From an uncultured Methanosarcinales archaeon (GTDB taxonomy: Archaea > Nanobdellota > Nanobdellia > Woesearchaeales > UBA525), in the NCBI GenBank assembly GCA_964589765.1, contig CAZPUM010000004.1:1-56366 (forward strand): a DNA stretch of 56,366 bases, in the 5' to 3' direction. The notes below the pieces were generated by a model, which was not told the DNA's origin, made no database searches, and saw nothing but the letters and a program-made list of their open reading frames with translations. Shown here piece by piece: positions 44,345 to 52,703 of this stretch. Each line of letters opens with the position of its first letter. Positions within the stretch are counted from its first letter, which is position 1. Position numbers and translations under genes: made by a program.

Positions 44345-44353
44345 TTTAAATAT
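44345..44353 (-). promoter_or_regulatory. TATA-box-like element for the coat-like gene pair (leadered, SD-containing mRNA)
   Basis: Minus ATATTTAAA, 45-53 nt upstream of ATG 44300. Confidence 0.4.
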
Positions 44354-44359
44354 GCATGC

Positions 44360-44397
44360 AAAAAATGTTAAACTTTTAACTGCATGTTGTAAAACAT
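44360..44397 (-). terminator. two short hairpins + T6 run after 44400..46028
   Basis: Stems ATGTT/AACAT and GTTAAA/TTTAAC, then TTTTTT on the minus strand (44360-44365). Confidence 0.45.
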
Positions 44398-44399
44398 TG

Positions 44400-46028
44400 T
44401 TACATGATAGGATTTGAAACAAAAACCCACTTTCCTTCACTCAAAACTTTCCACTTCAAATCAGAATGTTTAGGATATTCTTTTGACCACACAACTTTAG
44501 ATAATTTAAGACAGTTTTTCTCACTACCAGTCAAAGAACAGAAATATCTAAACTGTTTGCCTTGTATCATCTTAAGACCTTTTTCATCCATGAAATCTTC
44601 TTTCAACCAATTGCCTCCTCCCTGTTCCTTGCACATAGACTTAGTGGAAGAAGGATGGATAACTTTCAAATCCTCATCTAAATAACGCCTAGTCCAAATG
44701 TATCCTCCGTATAAAAAACCTGCAGATTGATACACATATCCTGGTCTGCCCATCACCCCGTCTGCCCAAGTATACAACACTTTCTTCTCAGGATATTTTT
44801 TGATTATCTCCTTGCGAACCCTGCTTAAAAACTGACTACCAAAACCCCTGGGCAACTCATTTAGAAAACACATTCTACCTATCTCCCAATAATCTTTAAC
44901 AGTTATATCGCTAAACAACTTTTCAATAGTGTGCTTAGGATACAACCCATAACCCAACGTGATCGCACCTAAAACAACTCCTTTATGTTTAGCTAAAAAC
45001 ACAGTATGAGTAACTGCAGGGAAAGTATTACTATAATGATGACGCATTACAAAACGTTTGACATCCTCACTCAAACCAGACTCAACCACATCAAAATCCA
45101 CTTTCTTCGAACCTCTGAACTGTCCCCTTACATAATTCTCATAGATTTTCTTTTTTCTATCCAAATAAACAACAGAATCCTCATAGAATCTTCTCAGTAC
45201 ATCATAAGAACCAGAATACAACTGAACCACCCAAACTCTTTGAGTATGAAACAAAGACTTCTCAGGAACAGACAATCCCGTCCAAGAAATAAAATCCAAC
45301 AAAATCTCTTTATGATATGAGCAAATTCTAAGTTGCAAACCTCCACTCGCGGTAACTGCTAAAGAACCATCTCCATCAAAATACCCTCTCCAAAAATGCA
45401 CATTAAGACTTTTGTCTAAATTGGGCACCCGTATTTTTTTATAAGTTTTATTTGGAACACAACCGTGTTTAACCAGATCACTAACTATTGAATCAGACCT
45501 TATTCTCAAACCATAATGTTTCTTCTTTTTATAAAAATGCAACTTCCCTTTAAAACAAAGAGCCTTCTTTAACTTCAACACGTGCTCGCGATCTTTAAGC
45601 GTCAAACCCAACACATTCTTATGAACACAACCATCAGCCATCAAAAAACCCAACCAATAAGCTTTTTCCTCACAATCTATGTTTGAAAAATAATCGTTAT
45701 CAACATCAGATCTCTTAGGACCTTTACGCCTCATATCGGCCTCATCCTTTATATATTTCCAAATTGTCTTCGGACAAAACCCGAACTTCTCAGATATTTT
45801 AGCTAAAGTCATACCTGACTCATACATAGAAACAGCCAAAGATTTATCAAAATCTGCTTTTCTCTCAGGTATTACAATATTGTGCCTCTTACACCATTTC
45901 CAAAGAGAAACATAAGTCAAACCAAGTTGCACAGCTGTTTGTCTAAGAGACACCCCTTCAGACAGATTTTTGATGATAAACTCATGTCTATCTTTAATCT
46001 GCTTAGTTTTTATATCCATAACTAACAT
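44400..46028 (-). CDS. HTH + double-LAGLIDADG + Mom-like domain fusion protein, paralog 2
   Basis: 'AYWLGFLMADGCV' and 'FWRGYFDGDGSL'. 'HHYSNTFPA', 'RPGYVYQSAGFLYGG', 'GKQFRYF'. The true start may be ATG 46019. Confidence 0.65.
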   Translation of the reverse strand: MLVMDIKTKQIKDRHEFIIKNLSEGVSLRQTAVQLGLTYVSLWKWCKRHNIVIPERKADFDKSLAVSMYESGMTLAKISEKFGFCPKTIWKYIKDEADMRRKGPKRSDVDNDYFSNIDCEEKAYWLGFLMADGCVHKNVLGLTLKDREHVLKLKKALCFKGKLHFYKKKKHYGLRIRSDSIVSDLVKHGCVPNKTYKKIRVPNLDKSLNVHFWRGYFDGDGSLAVTASGGLQLRICSYHKEILLDFISWTGLSVPEKSLFHTQRVWVVQLYSGSYDVLRRFYEDSVVYLDRKKKIYENYVRGQFRGSKKVDFDVVESGLSEDVKRFVMRHHYSNTFPAVTHTVFLAKHKGVVLGAITLGYGLYPKHTIEKLFSDITVKDYWEIGRMCFLNELPRGFGSQFLSRVRKEIIKKYPEKKVLYTWADGVMGRPGYVYQSAGFLYGGYIWTRRYLDEDLKVIHPSSTKSMCKEQGGGNWLKEDFMDEKGLKMIQGKQFRYFCSLTGSEKNCLKLSKVVWSKEYPKHSDLKWKVLSEGKWVFVSNPIM

Positions 46029-46033
46029 CTAAA

Positions 46034-46047
46034 GAAGTAGTATTTAA
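46034..46047 (-). promoter_or_regulatory. class-1-like promoter motif
   Basis: Plus GAAGTAGTATTTAA. Confidence 0.45.
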
Positions 46048-46076
46048 TTATTTCCTATTATTTCCCGTATACGCCA

Positions 46077-47393
46077 CTAAACATAACTCTTCTCGTCCCA
46101 AAGACACTCCTTCTCCCATTTAGAATCTCTAAAATAAATAAACTTATGTTTACCTGCAGATAATTCAGCTTTAGTACCTTCAGGAAAAGACCCTTTATAA
46201 TTACGAACCATCCCTTGAGTTAACCTTTCCCCATTAGGTAAAACGGCTACTAACTCAGGACAAGAAGATCCGTAATAAACAGCATTTGTTGCCTTATATA
46301 TTGTCCCGGAATGACCTACTCCATCATCAGCATAAGAAACAACCGCAGTTTTATCCTCAAAATCTTGAAAATATTTCTTAATCAACTTAGCCAAAAACTT
46401 TGAAGACTCATTTTTGATACTGTTAATAATACAAAAACGTCTCAACTCAGCCACTTTACTCCTGTTTTCTTTACCAAATATTTTGAGAACGCCTGCAGAA
46501 GATGGGTTACCTATTACTCCAACACCTTTTAACTTACCGCCAACAAACCACCCATACGACGTAACACCTATAGGCATAGACTTCAGATAATGATTAGCAA
46601 CAATAAACTCTCCAGCAACAGAATGAGATATAACACTAACTCCATCTTGCATAGAATCAGATTTCTCTTGTGCAAGAACATATTTCCTATCTAAAAAAAT
46701 ACTTGCATCTCCGTATAAAACATCCAATAATTTTACACCTGAAGAGCCGCTAACAGACGCTCGCCAAACACTGCCTGCACGCGAAACCGACCCATTGAGC
46801 CCTAAAGATTCAACAAACCTTGTGAATCCTTCACAAACTTCCTTGGTGCCTACCAATTCTACATCCGTCCTACTTTTACCATATCTTCTAGATGCAGGAA
46901 TAGAACCATCTCCATCCACCATTCCTCGCCAAAAATGATTTTGAATATTTCCATCTAAAATAGGGGGCTTCAAAGAAAAAGTCTTTCTAGGAGTTACTCC
47001 GTGATTCTTCAAACCGTTAGCCAACCTCACACTTTTGAAACCTAAATAAGATGTCGTTTCAGAATATCTTTTAACTCGTGATACAGGCAACCCAACAAAC
47101 TTACAGAATTTCTTCAAATGTTCTTCATCTTCTCGTTTCAATTCAAGCTGTATCTGATTAGCATCAGTCACATTGCCATCTGCAGCTAAAAAACCTAACC
47201 AATATGCTTTCTCCTCAGAGTCTATAACATCAAAAACAGTTTCATTACATTCAGACTTAGTTTTCCTAATATGTACCCCTTCTTTATTCAAAACATTACA
47301 AACTTTCTGCACACTACACTCTGCCTTCTCAGCAATTTTAGGAGACGACATTCCTAATTTGTATAACTTAACCATTTCTGAGTCTTCCATCAT
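46077..47393 (-). CDS. HTH + double-LAGLIDADG + Mom-like domain fusion protein, paralog 3
   Basis: 'AYWLGFLAADGNV' and 'FWRGMVDGDGSI'. 'NHYLKSMPI', 'ELRRF', 'SYADDGVGHSGTIYKATNAVYYG', 'GKHKFIY'. Confidence 0.65.
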   Translation of the reverse strand: MMEDSEMVKLYKLGMSSPKIAEKAECSVQKVCNVLNKEGVHIRKTKSECNETVFDVIDSEEKAYWLGFLAADGNVTDANQIQLELKREDEEHLKKFCKFVGLPVSRVKRYSETTSYLGFKSVRLANGLKNHGVTPRKTFSLKPPILDGNIQNHFWRGMVDGDGSIPASRRYGKSRTDVELVGTKEVCEGFTRFVESLGLNGSVSRAGSVWRASVSGSSGVKLLDVLYGDASIFLDRKYVLAQEKSDSMQDGVSVISHSVAGEFIVANHYLKSMPIGVTSYGWFVGGKLKGVGVIGNPSSAGVLKIFGKENRSKVAELRRFCIINSIKNESSKFLAKLIKKYFQDFEDKTAVVSYADDGVGHSGTIYKATNAVYYGSSCPELVAVLPNGERLTQGMVRNYKGSFPEGTKAELSAGKHKFIYFRDSKWEKECLWDEKSYV

Positions 47394-47399
47394 ATCACA

Positions 47400-47777
47400 T
47401 CACAACTTCTTATTCAATTGTTCTAAATCTTTAGACATTCCCCTAATAACTCCTTGCAACATAGAAATTCTAACTATCAAAATAACAAGTAAAAAAATCA
47501 CTCCATAAAGAACCTCAGGAGTATCGCCCTTGTATTTTATAGCAATCATGGCCAACCACCAGAAAATACCTATTTGCAAAATATAACTTATCCAACCAGG
47601 AACTTCATATATGGCCCCCTGCCAAACAATAGTATCTGAAATGTTCCACTGCTTATTCCTCGCAGTATACTTCTTAACCATGCCGTTGTAAATTTTATCT
47701 TTCAGTTTAGAACCTGTATGTTTGTAATACTTAATGTTATCTACCTTTTTCTTACCCGCCATAAATAGCACCTTCAA
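47400..47777 (-). CDS. 2-TM small membrane protein
   Basis: ORF track. ATGA overlap with 47774..48076. Confidence 0.65.
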   Translation of the reverse strand: MKVLFMAGKKKVDNIKYYKHTGSKLKDKIYNGMVKKYTARNKQWNISDTIVWQGAIYEVPGWISYILQIGIFWWLAMIAIKYKGDTPEVLYGVIFLLVILIVRISMLQGVIRGMSKDLEQLNKKL

Positions 47778-48076
47778 TCGCTACCAATCAACTGCTCGAC
47801 TTTATCAAGATTAATCCTCTTGATATTCATTTTATGAATGATTCTCCAGAGCTTATCAAAGTCCTTGTCTCCGAGTTCCTTTCTAAGCATTATTGTTTGC
47901 AAACCATAACCGAGAGCCTCATTGAAAACATCTGAACGATTCTTCTCTGTTTGAGCAAAACCGAAACCTTCTGTTCTCATCTCTTCGAGAATGGCTAATT
48001 TGTCCGGATCAACACGAACATTCACTGATTGTCTCTGTTTAGATTTTCCGTTGTAATTCTCACCATACTCTACCAT
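47774..48076 (-). CDS. ribbon-helix-helix (CopG/MetJ-like) DNA-binding protein
   Basis: 'VNVRVDPDKLAILEEM' strand-helix pattern. First gene after the promoter at 48094-48107. Confidence 0.5.
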   Translation of the reverse strand: MVEYGENYNGKSKQRQSVNVRVDPDKLAILEEMRTEGFGFAQTEKNRSDVFNEALGYGLQTIMLRKELGDKDFDKLWRIIHKMNIKRINLDKVEQLIGSD

Positions 48077-48093
48077 ATCAATACATTTTGACA

Positions 48094-48107
48094 GAAGTTG
48101 TATTTAA
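48094..48107 (-). promoter_or_regulatory. class-1 promoter motif
   Basis: Plus GAAGTTGTATTTAA. TATA lies 25-31 nt upstream of ATG 48076. Confidence 0.55.
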
Positions 48108-48553
48108 GCTTGTTGATTTTTGTACTCTTTTACCAAAGGAGCAAACCTTCTTGTCCCAAAACTTTCAATATAAATCTCCCCCATAACTCTGTAAAATTCC
48201 AAATTATCTTCAACCAGACCTTTATAAAAAACATTCTTGTACTTTCTGTTAGTCATCCAAGCAAACTTAACAGCAGATAATCTAACTTGCTTACATATCC
48301 CGTGACTAAATTGCAACACAATAAACTTGTTACCTAAATTCTGAGCAAACAAAAACCCGTTCCTACCAAACTTCACTAGACAACAAGACCCTCCATCAAT
48401 ATTCCACACCTTCAAAACAATCGCAGTCCTCATCAAAGTCCGCGTCATGCTCCTGATAACACGCGGAACAGTTGTTTCACTATATGGAACTATGTAAGGA
48501 ATGGACAACCTGCTTAAACCCATAATATCCTTCAGAACTTTCTCTGTTATCAA
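48104..48553 (-). CDS. hypothetical protein (149 aa)
   Basis: ORF track. Confidence 0.6.
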   Translation of the reverse strand: MITEKVLKDIMGLSRLSIPYIVPYSETTVPRVIRSMTRTLMRTAIVLKVWNIDGGSCCLVKFGRNGFLFAQNLGNKFIVLQFSHGICKQVRLSAVKFAWMTNRKYKNVFYKGLVEDNLEFYRVMGEIYIESFGTRRFAPLVKEYKNQQA

Positions 48554-48559
48554 AGAAAA

Positions 48560-48787
48560 TCACCTGAAAGCTTCGGGAATTGCAGAAAGTTCTTCAGTAG
48601 TTACGTCCTCTCCTTTCTCATGCTTTAACTTGATAGATTCAATCTTGATAAAATCATCTCTCATTTTATTCAAGATCTCTTTGTCTTTTTCATAACGAGG
48701 AATGGCCACGTTCTGAAAATTATAGATTTCCTTTTCTAACTCAGTTATTGCACTGTTTACATGTTTTAAAGCTTCTTCAATCCTCAT
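48560..48787 (-). CDS. small coiled-coil protein
   Basis: ORF track. Confidence 0.55.
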   Translation of the reverse strand: MRIEEALKHVNSAITELEKEIYNFQNVAIPRYEKDKEILNKMRDDFIKIESIKLKHEKGEDVTTEELSAIPEAFR

Positions 48788-49163
48788 TTTTATCCCTCAT
48801 CCCCATCATAGCATACAGCAACTTAGCTTTAGTAAGCATAGAAATTTTCTTGCCTTTGCCAAGCACTTTTTTCAAATCATCATCAGTCATACCAAACTTC
48901 TCTTTCAAAACAGTAATCATAACTAGAACTCCGTGCACTTTGTCAAACGCCATTCTAGCAGCAGCATCACCTATATCATTCCTACTAATTTTAGAATGAA
49001 CTTTATTTATAAAATCCAACTCTATTTTTAACTGCTTCAAAATAGCATCTTTTTCCATAGGAATTTTGGCAAAATCACAATTGCCAACAACATCCTCACT
49101 ACAACGATACTTGTTGTATTTACACCACTCACAATAATCTTTCTCAACCATTTTCAGCACCAA
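48777..49163 (-). CDS. hypothetical protein with Cys-rich N-terminus
   Basis: ORF track. 'CEWCKYNKYRCSEDVVGNC'. Confidence 0.6.
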   Translation of the reverse strand: MVLKMVEKDYCEWCKYNKYRCSEDVVGNCDFAKIPMEKDAILKQLKIELDFINKVHSKISRNDIGDAAARMAFDKVHGVLVMITVLKEKFGMTDDDLKKVLGKGKKISMLTKAKLLYAMMGMRDKNED

Positions 49164-49196
49164 AAAATAGAATCAAAAAAAGAAAGCAAGAGAAAA

Positions 49197-49604
49197 TTAC
49201 TTCTCAAGCTTGGTAGGAACACTGTACTCTCTAGGAGCATTGCCTTGATAACCACGACCAAGCTCCATCTTCTCAAACTTGAAAGTCTTTCCTACCATCA
49301 GGCGAAGTGCATCTTCAACAGTTGCTGCCTTCTTAGCCTCTGGAAGAACTCTCTCAAGCTCCCTCAAATACATATCCATCACACTGCCCTTAGCAATAGC
49401 ATCATTTGAACTAGTCTTAGATAGTGCAATGTATTCGTGCATCTTTCCAGTTTTTCCTGCCACTGTGAATCCAACAGGCTCAATTATGATATGAAATTGT
49501 TCGCTGTCTGAGTAATTACTGGTTACTCCTGACTCAACTTCAACCACTTTACCTTTGTATTCATTCATTCCAGTAGATTCTTTTCGTTCCACCATATATT
49601 TCAC
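49197..49604 (-). CDS. hypothetical protein (135 aa; GTG 49604 or ATG 49595 start)
   Basis: ORF track. Confidence 0.65.
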   Translation of the reverse strand: MKYMVERKESTGMNEYKGKVVEVESGVTSNYSDSEQFHIIIEPVGFTVAGKTGKMHEYIALSKTSSNDAIAKGSVMDMYLRELERVLPEAKKAATVEDALRLMVGKTFKFEKMELGRGYQGNAPREYSVPTKLEK

Positions 49605-49675
49605 GCTCCGATGAGGTAAGGCCTCATCCTCCCTTTCATCTCGCCATCAAATAAAAAAAATTACAGGCTTGAATA

Positions 49676-50017
<342 letters not shown>

Positions 50018-50043
50018 TTTGCACCCCGTACAACTGCTCAGAG

Positions 50044-50058
50044 CAAGTTATATTTAAA
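50044..50058 (-). promoter_or_regulatory. class-1 promoter motif
   Basis: Plus CAAGTTATATTTAAA, upstream of ATG 50017. Confidence 0.5.
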
Positions 50059-50063
50059 CCTTT

Positions 50064-50222
50064 CTATACTTTTTTTATCCACCAATCACAAACTGCCATG
50101 TGTTTACAATAAGCTTCCCACCCACGACACTTGACTGAACAAGGACATTCAAACCACGTAACACCTTCACTTTCAATTTTAACTACATAAGGACGGCCAG
50201 ATAATTTAAACTTTTTTCTCAC
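50064..50222 (-). CDS. 52-aa SWIM-type zinc-finger micro-protein (GTG start)
   Basis: Hand translation: ...VTWFECPCSVKCRGWEAYCKHMAVCDWW... (CxC-xn-CxH). GTGA overlap with the upstream stop. TAG stop. Confidence 0.45.
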   Translation of the reverse strand: MRKKFKLSGRPYVVKIESEGVTWFECPCSVKCRGWEAYCKHMAVCDWWIKKV

Positions 50223-50389
50223 TCAACCCACATCCTACAACCACACTTATAAGTGTTTTTATCAACCAAAATAATGGGCCTATCACATTTACTACAAACC
50301 CTGCCACATTTAGGACAGTCAAAACCTATTTCATTAGCCTCACCATTATACCCGCAAACCAAACAATGGTATCCAACACCTTTATTCAT
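50219..50389 (-). CDS. zinc-ribbon micro-protein
   Basis: ORF track 50219..50407 (TTG start). The ATG at 50389 has a GGAGGAG SD. 'CLVCGYNGE...CPKCGRVCSKCD'. Confidence 0.55.
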   Translation of the reverse strand: MNKGVGYHCLVCGYNGEANEIGFDCPKCGRVCSKCDRPIILVDKNTYKCGCRMWVE

Positions 50390-50535
50390 CGCCAATTTCT
50401 CCTCCAATCTCCTTTCTCAATTTCCTTATTTTTAAACCTAATTCTACAATGAGGACAAAAGAATTTCCATCTACCACAAGTCAAATTACAATTAAGACAC
50501 AATAACCTACGAGTTATTGAATTATACTCAGGCAC
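50386..50535 (-). CDS. about 49-aa zinc-ribbon micro-protein (GTG or TTG start)
   Basis: Hand translation '...LCLNCNLTCGRWKFFCPHCRIRF...'. ATGA overlap with the next gene. Confidence 0.35.
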   Translation of the reverse strand: MPEYNSITRRLLCLNCNLTCGRWKFFCPHCRIRFKNKEIEKGDWRRNWR

Positions 50536-51298
50536 TACTGACTCTTTTTCGCATTTTTTCAAGCTTCACCTCCTTATAAGATTGATAAGCAACTACAGGA
50601 GTATGAAACAACATCTTAACCGTAGCACTCAAAGAAACTTTACTCCCGTCTTTATGAAAGAACTCCACAGGAATACTAACAATTCTTGAATTTAACTTAA
50701 GAGCTAACTCTATATCTCCTGCAAATTGCTTAGTCTTAATGGGTGCAAGCATATCACTTTTTCTAAATAATTTATAAGGACACTGCATATCGCTAATTGA
50801 ATCACCCCCCATAAAATCAAAAAAATAGTACCAAAAAACAACATAATTTTTGTAAACTTTAGAAACAATCCTTCTGATGAAACCCTTGTCATGCACCTTA
50901 GATAACTCTTCAAATCTAGACCCAAATATAGCATAACCTTCATTGGGAACACCTTTTTGCAAATGCCAAATAGAAGCACTACCATCAGCATCCATTAGTA
51001 AAATCAAATCATTGCGAGCACTTTCAATTCCTACTGAAATGGCACTCCACTTACCACCATTCTTCTTTCTAATAACTTTTACAGGCAATAACTTTTTGAA
51101 AGACATTATTCTCTCAACAGTTTTATCTGTAGAACCATCATCAACTATTATAATCTCGTCAACAAACACCTCATCATTATGCAAAGTCACAAAGTGAGAT
51201 ATACTTCTCAAAGTAACAGGTATCCTATTTTGCTCATTATAAGCAGGTATAATGAGAGAAATCTTATCACTTGCTGTTTTAGAAAGACCTACCATCAC
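50528..51298 (-). CDS. GT2 family glycosyltransferase, polyprenyl-phosphate hexosyltransferase-like (DPM1/ALG5-like)
   Basis: 'SLIIPAYNE', 'IIIVDDGSTDKT', 'LLMDADGS'. Confidence 0.75.
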   Translation of the reverse strand: MMVGLSKTASDKISLIIPAYNEQNRIPVTLRSISHFVTLHNDEVFVDEIIIVDDGSTDKTVERIMSFKKLLPVKVIRKKNGGKWSAISVGIESARNDLILLMDADGSASIWHLQKGVPNEGYAIFGSRFEELSKVHDKGFIRRIVSKVYKNYVVFWYYFFDFMGGDSISDMQCPYKLFRKSDMLAPIKTKQFAGDIELALKLNSRIVSIPVEFFHKDGSKVSLSATVKMLFHTPVVAYQSYKEVKLEKMRKRVSSA

Positions 51299-51633
51299 AT
51301 CTTACCTCTACACCAAACACAATATACATCTCCATTTGCATAAAACTCAGGGTCATATTTATTACCCAAACCTTTAGGAACAAATATAGTCAAAGCTTCA
51401 GTCTCTCCACACTTAACACACTTATAATCACATTTCTCAAGAATCTTTAACTTATTAATTGCTCTCCTTTTTGCAGGTCCCGGCGAGTTCTCTGCTTTGA
51501 TGATTGCTTTAATCTTAGGTATGTCTAAAACAGCCCTATCCGTTTGTAAATGTATTTTATGCCTATGCCCTTGACGAGTTTCTCCTTTATATACATAAAG
51601 ATATTTTCTTTCTTCAATGAATGCCATAATCAA
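51295..51633 (-). CDS. zinc-ribbon-containing hypothetical protein
   Basis: ORF track. 'CDYKCVKCGE...YCVWC'. Confidence 0.6.
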   Translation of the reverse strand: MIMAFIEERKYLYVYKGETRQGHRHKIHLQTDRAVLDIPKIKAIIKAENSPGPAKRRAINKLKILEKCDYKCVKCGETEALTIFVPKGLGNKYDPEFYANGDVYCVWCRGKM

Positions 51634-51940
51634 ACTCCCCTACTGTATCGGTAGGTATTACTAAAAAATCCTCTTCTATCGGTTGTCTACAAAAAATAAC
51701 TACCACATCAGAACCTGCTGTAAACTTATAGTACACAGATCCTTCTTCAACATAAGTTGAACACATGTGGTCAAAAACTTGTTTCCAATCAGGAGTATCG
51801 GGACTAGTTATCACTAGAAGAGTCATTAAAGCGGACAGAATTGCTACGCCACTTGCGATAAGAATGACTTGTTTCTCCGTATAAGTCTTTGTACTTGCAG
51901 TCCCATCCGCAATAATGTCCGATCCAGTTTCCTTTGCCAT
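51614..51940 (-). CDS. single-TM hypothetical protein
   Basis: ORF track. 'VILIASGVAILSALMTLLVI'. Confidence 0.55.
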   Translation of the reverse strand: MAKETGSDIIADGTASTKTYTEKQVILIASGVAILSALMTLLVITSPDTPDWKQVFDHMCSTYVEEGSVYYKFTAGSDVVVIFCRQPIEEDFLVIPTDTVGEFDYGIH

Positions 51941-52049
51941 CTTGAGTACTAATAGTCAGTGGCAAATTCAGAAGACTCTTCTTGCAAATCTTGCAAGTCT
52001 TCATTTCCACTGTCATCGCCCCCGTCCTTGCGTCGAATCTCTGAACCAT
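51804..52049 (-). CDS. possible overlapping-frame FCS/MYM-like zinc-finger ORF
   Basis: ORF track. 'CKICKK-x22-HYCGWDCKY'. Overlaps two other plausible ORFs out of frame. Confidence 0.3.
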   Translation of the reverse strand: MVQRFDARTGAMTVEMKTCKICKKSLLNLPLTISTQDGKGNWIGHYCGWDCKYKDLYGETSHSYRKWRSNSVRFNDSSSDN

Positions 52050-52233
52050 CTTTCTTCATCATCTCCGAAAGTTTACTTTCCTCTTCACCTAAATCAAAAT
52101 CAGCATCATCAGAACTTTCAGGATATCCATGCTTTTTCAACACCCTTGAAAGCGTATCTTCAAGTTCCTTTAAAGTGCTACCATTACTTACTATTGTAAT
52201 TTTTCCAAAAGTTAACAACGTTTCTCTACCCAC
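51949..52233 (-). CDS. acidic hypothetical protein (GTG start)
   Basis: ORF track. Confidence 0.55.
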   Translation of the reverse strand: MGRETLLTFGKITIVSNGSTLKELEDTLSRVLKKHGYPESSDDADFDLGEEESKLSEMMKKDGSEIRRKDGGDDSGNEDLQDLQEESSEFATDY

Positions 52234-52239
52234 TCTACA

Positions 52240-52344
52240 TCACCTTACCTCTATCCATATTGACGGTTCAAGTTTATCACTTATCGGATAAACATAAAAC
52301 CCTTCTTTTCTGTTAATTTCTTCTTTTTTCGCGTAATATCTCAT
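52240..52344 (-). CDS. 34-aa micro-protein
   Basis: Hand translation (MRYYAKKEEINRKEGFYVYPISDKLEPSIWIEVR). GAGAGGTAA SD. Confidence 0.3.
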   Translation of the reverse strand: MRYYAKKEEINRKEGFYVYPISDKLEPSIWIEVR

Positions 52345-52346
52345 CG

Positions 52347-52511
52347 TTACCTCTCGAAGCCTTCAACAATCTCCTTCAACCAATTCTCAAACTCTACTAA
52401 TGACATAATATTGTTCTCTATAAATAATGGTCTATTCATCGTTCCACCTTTCCAGCGTATAAAAACAATACTAACAATACCCTTCTCTATAAGTAACGCC
52501 GGCCTATTCAT
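52347..52511 (-). CDS. 54-aa micro-protein with internally duplicated SD+ATG ('MNRP' twice, 72 nt apart)
   Basis: Hand translation (MNRPALLIEKGIVSIVFIRWKGGTMNRPLFIENNIMSLVEFENWLKEIVEGFER). Confidence 0.35.
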   Translation of the reverse strand: MNRPALLIEKGIVSIVFIRWKGGTMNRPLFIENNIMSLVEFENWLKEIVEGFER

Positions 52512-52703
52512 CGTTCCACCTCTTCTTTTTTTCGGATATTTATTATCTCCATAACAACATTATCTTTAATCACCACATCACCGTAAAAACGCCTTCCAAA
52601 TCCACCCTTATAACCATCTTAATTTTATCAATCGCATTCATCGCTGAACCACCTCATCGTATTCACAACAATGTCAATTACAATAACATTGATAACAAGT
52701 TTT

